From Bugula neritina (lineage: Eukaryota > Animalia > Bryozoa), in contig OZ037771.1 in NCBI GenBank assembly GCA_964035545.1, positions 6,667,190 through 6,731,189 of the forward strand: 64,000 nt of DNA. Direction: 5' to 3'. Positions 1 through 64,000 of the stretch are shown one piece after another (positions within the stretch are counted from its first letter, which is position 1; each line of letters opens with the position of its first letter). Both the position numbers and the translations under genes were made by a program. The notes beneath the pieces are model-generated. The model searched no databases. It saw nothing but the letters and a program-made list of their open reading frames with translations, and had not been told where the DNA came from.

Positions 1-141
1 GCGATATTTTGTCCATCGTCTTCGGTGGGTGCACCCAGCAAACACGATTTCGTATGAATTCTCTCAAATTTGATCCTACGTATTGTGTTTTCTTGTAAAA
101 TAGACGATTTCGTGTGATTCTCACGAGTGTGTGGCCAGACC
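1..141. mobile_element. right end of a Harbinger-like MITE, cut by the window edge
   Basis: Ends GTGTGGCCAGACC then TTAA, like the GTGTGGCCCTAGGC-TAA end at 42526; ACGATTTCGT subterminal repeats. Confidence 0.45.
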
Positions 142-1490
142 TTAACTTAAGTGTCACAAATCACTGAAAAATACTCTCAACTGTGTTGTTTCTCCATGTC
201 ATAATGAAATATGCGTTGTACTTGTAGTGTATAGATATTTCTGCGATATTTGCGGAAGCCATCAGAAGAACCCACCATGGTGAATCAGTTAGTTATCTCT
301 TCTACAACACACCTATATAGTGTCCCCTTCAGTCACAATCTCTCCATCTAACCTGTCTGCTTATTCGCCAATTGATCCAATTGACTATTAATGCCGCTTG
401 ATTTTGACACTATTATATTTTCATCAATAGCTGATTTACAATATATTTAATATTAAAGGAGATATTGTCTGTTTTACATCTCGGTATATAACCAGATAAC
501 TGATTCAACTAGTTTTATCTTATTTTACCAGGCTTTTGGCCCCCATATTTTATATTCAAAGTTTTATTCACTTTTGGTAAAGCAGTATTATAAGGCAGCT
601 CAGAGCTAAAGCATTGGTAATTCTTGGTAACAATTATATGTGGAATGTTTGGTGTTGTGTATTTGTCCCACTCTTGGAATGTACTGTGTACATGTGCAAT
701 GCGCTCTTTGATAATAATACACATACACTGGTAACACTTTTAATGTCGTGTTTTCTGTACTGCTTATTTATAAGAATGTTTTGAATGCTAGTTTCTTGTC
801 TGTTCTACTAAAGTACTACCAAATGAGAGAATAAGACTCTAAACTTTATTTTCTCTAAATCCACCATACTTCATAGCTGCACTGACTTTAGCATAGCCTT
901 CTACCAAGATTATAATAGAAATAAATGAACTTGCACAATTATTGGTCAGAGTTAAAATATGCTGAAATAGATTAATTATATTTTCTTCATACTGAAATAT
1001 TGCTGAGGTAAGACCTCAGCATTATAGTGAAGTCTTTGGACCAGAGATCTCATCAAAGCTTTAATCCCGGACTCCTAAGTATTTAGTAGAAGCTGTTATT
1101 GAAAGTAACAGATAATTTTTTACGAAATAAAAATTTCAGCAGTAAACCTACAAAATCAACTTGTGGAGAACAATTACTCGTTTTATAGATAGGATAACTC
1201 CGATTTTGTTATAATTTGCTATTTATGGAATCGCTGTTTTGTAACCTAAAATTTCAACAAGATATTTTGGTGTACTTTTCGAGTCACAGTGTAACGCATT
1301 CGTGAATTTTATAACCGGAACTCCCATACCAGTTCCTGTTCGACTTTTTAGTACATGAATTAATTTTATGTAGTTTCAGTTAGTGTCCATCACTATAGTT
1401 AGTGTATGATATCGTGTTTTGTGCATTCTGGTGAAACATTATAGTTAAACATGGAACCATAGTTCATAGTTGTGTTACTGAGTAGTAAAA

Positions 1491-59326
<57,836 letters not shown>

Positions 59327-59612
59327 CTACTGGAACATCACATGACTTCTGGAACATCACATGACTACTGGAACATCACATGACTTCTGGAACATCACAT
59401 GACTACTGGAACATCACATGACTTCTGGAACATCACATGACTACTGGAACATCACATGACTTCTGGAACATCACATGACTTCTGGAACATCACATGACTA
59501 CTGGAACATCACATGACTTCTGGAACATCACATGACTTCCGAAACGTCACATGACTTCCGAAACGTCACATGACTACTGGAATGTCACAGGACTTTTGGA
59601 ATGTCACATGAT
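59327..59612. repeat. 19-bp minisatellite CT(A/T)CTGGAACATCACATGA directly after the stop codon
   Basis: about 15 units, degenerating toward the 3' end. Confidence 0.95.
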
Positions 59613-60225
59613 TCTGAAACAGACGTGTTCTAACAGTATAATATATAGAACAGCAAACTATGAGTATATGGTAATATATATTATATATAATATGTAATGA
59701 AGTATGTGTTAATATATATGAAATATATATAATATGTAATGAAGTATATGTTAATATATTATAAGAAAGTATAGGGTGGTATAATATAAAGCATATAAGC
59801 TGCTGAATTTTATATTTTGTGCCTTGCTTGATGTGTTAGACATGTATTTATTTCACTTCACCTGCAAAGACACGCCTCAAGTGCTGGTCACAACACGTAT
59901 GCATATTCTACATACAGTGTCTACTATTATGCCGATAGAATCTGCCTTGCTATCAATGTTATTATTGTGAAAACTGAATGCTCCAAGCCAACTTTTTTTT
60001 CTAATCTAGCTATAACCTAGACTATTTGTTTTACCTCATTCTGTTACTCACTGTCTTCTTTTTTATATTTAATTATGGTATGCTGTGCTATGAGTCTACT
60101 ATTTGATATTTTTATTGTGAGACTGAATTATTTTTTTATTTTTGCATTGTTGTAATGATGTTGTTTTACACTCCTTCAGCCCAAGTACCATAACATAGAA
60201 CTTGTTTGTAATACTGAGAGCTTTC

Positions 60226-60231
60226 AATAAA
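60226..60231 (+). terminator. candidate polyadenylation signal of the DOCK gene
   Basis: AATAAA about 0.9 kb after the stop, following a T-rich 3'UTR-like stretch. Confidence 0.4.
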
Positions 60232-63200
60232 TTCTTACTAGGTACTGGTCATGTGACTAGTTTTTGATGCTCACTAGTTCTATATACTGTTATATGGATC
60301 GGTTTATTTAGGATGGCGACATTTCCTGGTATTATCTTTCAAGTACTTCAACCAACTGACTACATCTCTCAGTCCTAAGCAAATTCTACTCATGATCTTG
60401 TAATATTATGTAACTTATAAGATTGGTTGCAGGTGCACCACTTGGTTTTACTATGTAGCTTTCATGTTGTAAATCCCATTGTATGTTTTATGCAAATTCA
60501 TAATATATCTGGATAATAAATCGCTAATACCTTAACTTCTCCAATATTCACCATCTTCTGACACCAGGAGTGTCGTATCTGTCACTTTACGTAATTCAGG
60601 CTAAGTAAATGATATATGTGTGTGGCTCATAATTGAAATCCTGACTGTGAGTTCAAAACGTGGGCTAATAATTTCATTAAAAATGAACGGGGAAAATTTT
60701 TTATTACTACTTTATATTATATAAAACAAATAAAACTAATATTTCGAATACCACTGTAATCATCTCAACAGTTTGAAAATGAATACAGTGGTATTTGAAG
60801 TACCACTTTGTTTTAATGTAAATAAAGTAGTAATAAAAATGTTTCATGAGCATTTATTTCTAATTATGTGTATCTGTTCATATACAGAAATCCTCCACAT
60901 GAATAATTGATCTTATAAGTTTTATTGCTCTTGAGCCTGCTATGAGATGATACTAAATTGACGCCCACACATAAACAATTACAGTAATAATACAATTACC
61001 CAGCAAAATGTGCCAAAGTTCTCCTTTTTGTTTAATATTATGCAAGTTTTCAACTCTCTTATACTGTGAAATACTAGCTGCATAGTTTTAGCAGCTTTTA
61101 ACACTTGCTCTTCAATTGCAACATTGCTTAGGATTTTAGGAGAATAATGGTGTCACATAATGTAATGTGTTGAGGGTTATTATAAATTATCCATTCGTTG
61201 AGCAGTATGATGAAGTATTTCAAAGTGGAAGAATGGTTATGCATCACATATATATGTATTATTGTATTAAGAGTTGCCTACTTTCTGAAACCGATTTGTA
61301 AAACCACAAGTGACATTTGACTGAATTTTTAAAACATGTAGGTAGAAAGCAGTTACTTCCTATTTTAGTAGAGATAGCTCTCCATTTTCGGAAGTTGTAA
61401 ATCAAATGAACTAACAATTAGTGAGTAGCTGTAGACACATGTATATGTATGTAAAGTTATATAGCCGTAGCTCTACAGCTATGCTCAACAAATCATATAA
61501 ACTTTTGTGGGTGGGTATAAAATAAACTCACTCAGCTAGTCTGAGGTGGGAGGGTATATAATAGATTAACTCAGCTATAACTGAGGTGGGTGTGTGATAA
61601 ACTAATAAAATAGATTGAGGACTGATTGCTTGCAGAATACAGATAAGCTGGGTGGGCTTAGAGGGGTTCCTTTAGAGTTTAGATATACTAAAGGAAATGT
61701 AGATACACTAAAACAAGATGAAACTGATGTCTAGCACATCAGTATCAATATGATTTTCTGGTATAATATAGTATCATTCCTCCAATTGCCAATGTTTATG
61801 GTTATAGGTGTTTTTGGTACACAACCTAAAGGCTTCTTGTGGTGCAAAGCCAACTCATTTGATAAATAGTTTGAAAATATTGACTACGTCGGGCCAAAAC
61901 AGGATGAACCAAAATACAAATAGTTTAGAAGTCATTTGATTTTGATCTGTTTTCAGTAGCTCTAATACTCAGTGCTATTGTAAAGCAGTCTAGTTTAGCT
62001 CCAAGACATAATGCTTGCCTCACCTGTCTGCGTATACATTTCACTCTTAGTAATTTGTGTAACTTGTAATTTCCTAAAGTCTGATTTAAGCCACTTGTTG
62101 TTAAATTCATCACGCAGAGACAGTATAAATTTATAATGAGATCTTCTTACATAACTTGATGTTATCGGTTTTATAGCTCTTGAGAAGGCAGGTTTACACG
62201 TACATTATAGCCTTTAGTAGGAATATGATATTTATAACTGACTGCAGGGAACTTTTAGTTAGTGGGTCAACAACTACATATTATATACCATTACTTTTGG
62301 TATTCTAGCTGAGCAAGCTACAGTATAGTACATTTCTATAGAACTCATAGAGATAAAGTCCGTTTATAAGATCATGCAAACCTTTGTTTTAAAAACGATG
62401 ATCGTAATGATGGTATAAATTTCATAAGCTTTAAAATGTTTCATCAGGTTTAGTAGAACATAATAAATTTGGATAGGAAAAACGCTAGTTTACCGTTTTA
62501 CTGCCAAACTGAGTAGCGAAATGCTTTCAACTTATATTTCAGAATTTGGACCACCAAAATAGATAAGCAATAACTGAGTCAGAGTATAAACTATAAAATA
62601 ATAAGGAAAAATCTGTTACCAGATAGTTGAACAGTCTTGGAACACTAATGATGGAATGAAGAAAAATTTTGCTAAAAATACCTGGATTTAAATGGACACT
62701 TCCATATACTTGAATATAGCAAGTACAATTTACTATATAGCAAGACTGTAGTTATAGCAGAGCTGCTAGGGTTACACATGCAGACACTGATACTGCTATA
62801 TATGTCACCCTGCATGTGTAGTTGATTAACTGAGCACTTGAAAATTGACCTTCCTTGACTGTTTTCTCAAAAACTCTGGTTCATCTTTTGCCATTTTCAG
62901 GTTTAGGGATGATTGCTGCAGTAGTTGATAAGCAAAATTCTGAACAAAGAACCATGTGAGCATAAATTATTACAGTCACTTATTACTAAGCCTTTTAATA
63001 TCAAAGGAAATGTCTTTAATTTTGACGTATTTCACTGATGACTAGATATTTTCAGTGAAGCCTAATGTAGCTTGGCAACTTTTATACGTCTACAAATTCA
63101 TCATTGTCATACACATGTAATATTACTTGCCAGATTTAAAAAAAATTGCCTAATTATATTTCATTTTTTGTGCATAATAACTTTAACTTAGCAGCTTGTA

Positions 63201-64000
63201 TATCATGAGAGTGTTTATGTTTATAACACTGAAAGTTGCCAGGAGCCACTAATGCAAACACACATGATTCTGGTAACTGTACATCCGTGCTTATAATGCA
63301 CACGACTTATTGTTACATTACATCAAATCAGACAAATTACACTGTTTTTGGTTACATATGCATTTTCGTTATATACTGGTTTTTCAAAGCTGGCTTTACA
63401 ATATGTCTGTTATAGTCCGGTTCCATACTAGAATTTTTATGTTTTATATAAGAATCTTCTTTAGACATGAGTGAAAACAAAATAGTTATTAATTTGAGCT
63501 GTCAGTAGAAATACCAGCATGTTTTCAAAGTTATCGTCTCAATGCTGTTGGATGCCGAGCAAATTGCTGAACTGTAATTGAAGATTGAAACTTGCCATAT
63601 ATAATGTTATTTTATTGTCCAGCACTAAGTTCTACATAACTAATTTTTTGCAGACGCAAATCGATTTGAGAAAAGAATCACGCAATATAATAATGACAAA
63701 ATAACAAACTTATAGCTTGGTAGGTGCCAGGCGTGTTGGTATAAAATAATAACTTAGAATTATGGATGCATTACTACTGTGTTAATAAAAGTACAGTTAC
63801 ATGCAGCATAAAATAATAAATAGCTGAAGTTTGGGGTATAAACTGTCAACATGATTAATTATTGTTCATGTTGAAAAACAATTAGTCTGGAGTTGTCTTT
63901 CAAACCAACAAATCCTAATGACATTATGTTTGAAAATGAAGAAAGCTCATTGGCTAAGCAGAGGAGGAGCGATGAGTCATTGCGAAGTCTACCGTTGCTT

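Noticed and set aside
150-1250. Divergent upstream gene on the minus strand (ORF 515-724)
   Set aside because: Short ORFs with no recognisable homology or coherent exon chain.
60900-64000. Downstream gene
   Set aside because: No recognisable coding exons; treated as intergenic or unidentified intronic sequence.

Overview
AT-rich animal (invertebrate-looking) nuclear DNA. Most of the window is one spliced gene on the + strand: a DOCK-D/Zizimin (DOCK9/10/11-type) Cdc42 GEF. I could thread it by hand through 46 GT-AG exons with consistent phases, from ATG 1491 to TAA 59326 (about 6294 nt, about 2097 aa: N-terminal region, PH, DHR-1/C2, ARM region, DHR-2 with the catalytic QVNAG motif). Its introns hold: (i) an apparently intact antisense CR1/L2-group LINE (ORF1 plus APE-RT ORF2) inserted into a minisatellite about 60 nt upstream of a splice acceptor; (ii) an antisense intronless 317-aa ORF that looks like a single-pass membrane adaptor; (iii) six copies of a tRNA-Thr-derived SINE, several with TSDs; (iv) hAT-, Harbinger- and Tc1/pogo-type MITEs; (v) many minisatellites, several of which start or end at splice sites and multiply donor or acceptor motifs; (vi) at least seven frame-preserving candidate microexons or cassette exons, one built on a perfect palindrome. 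All calls are by eye; no searches were run.
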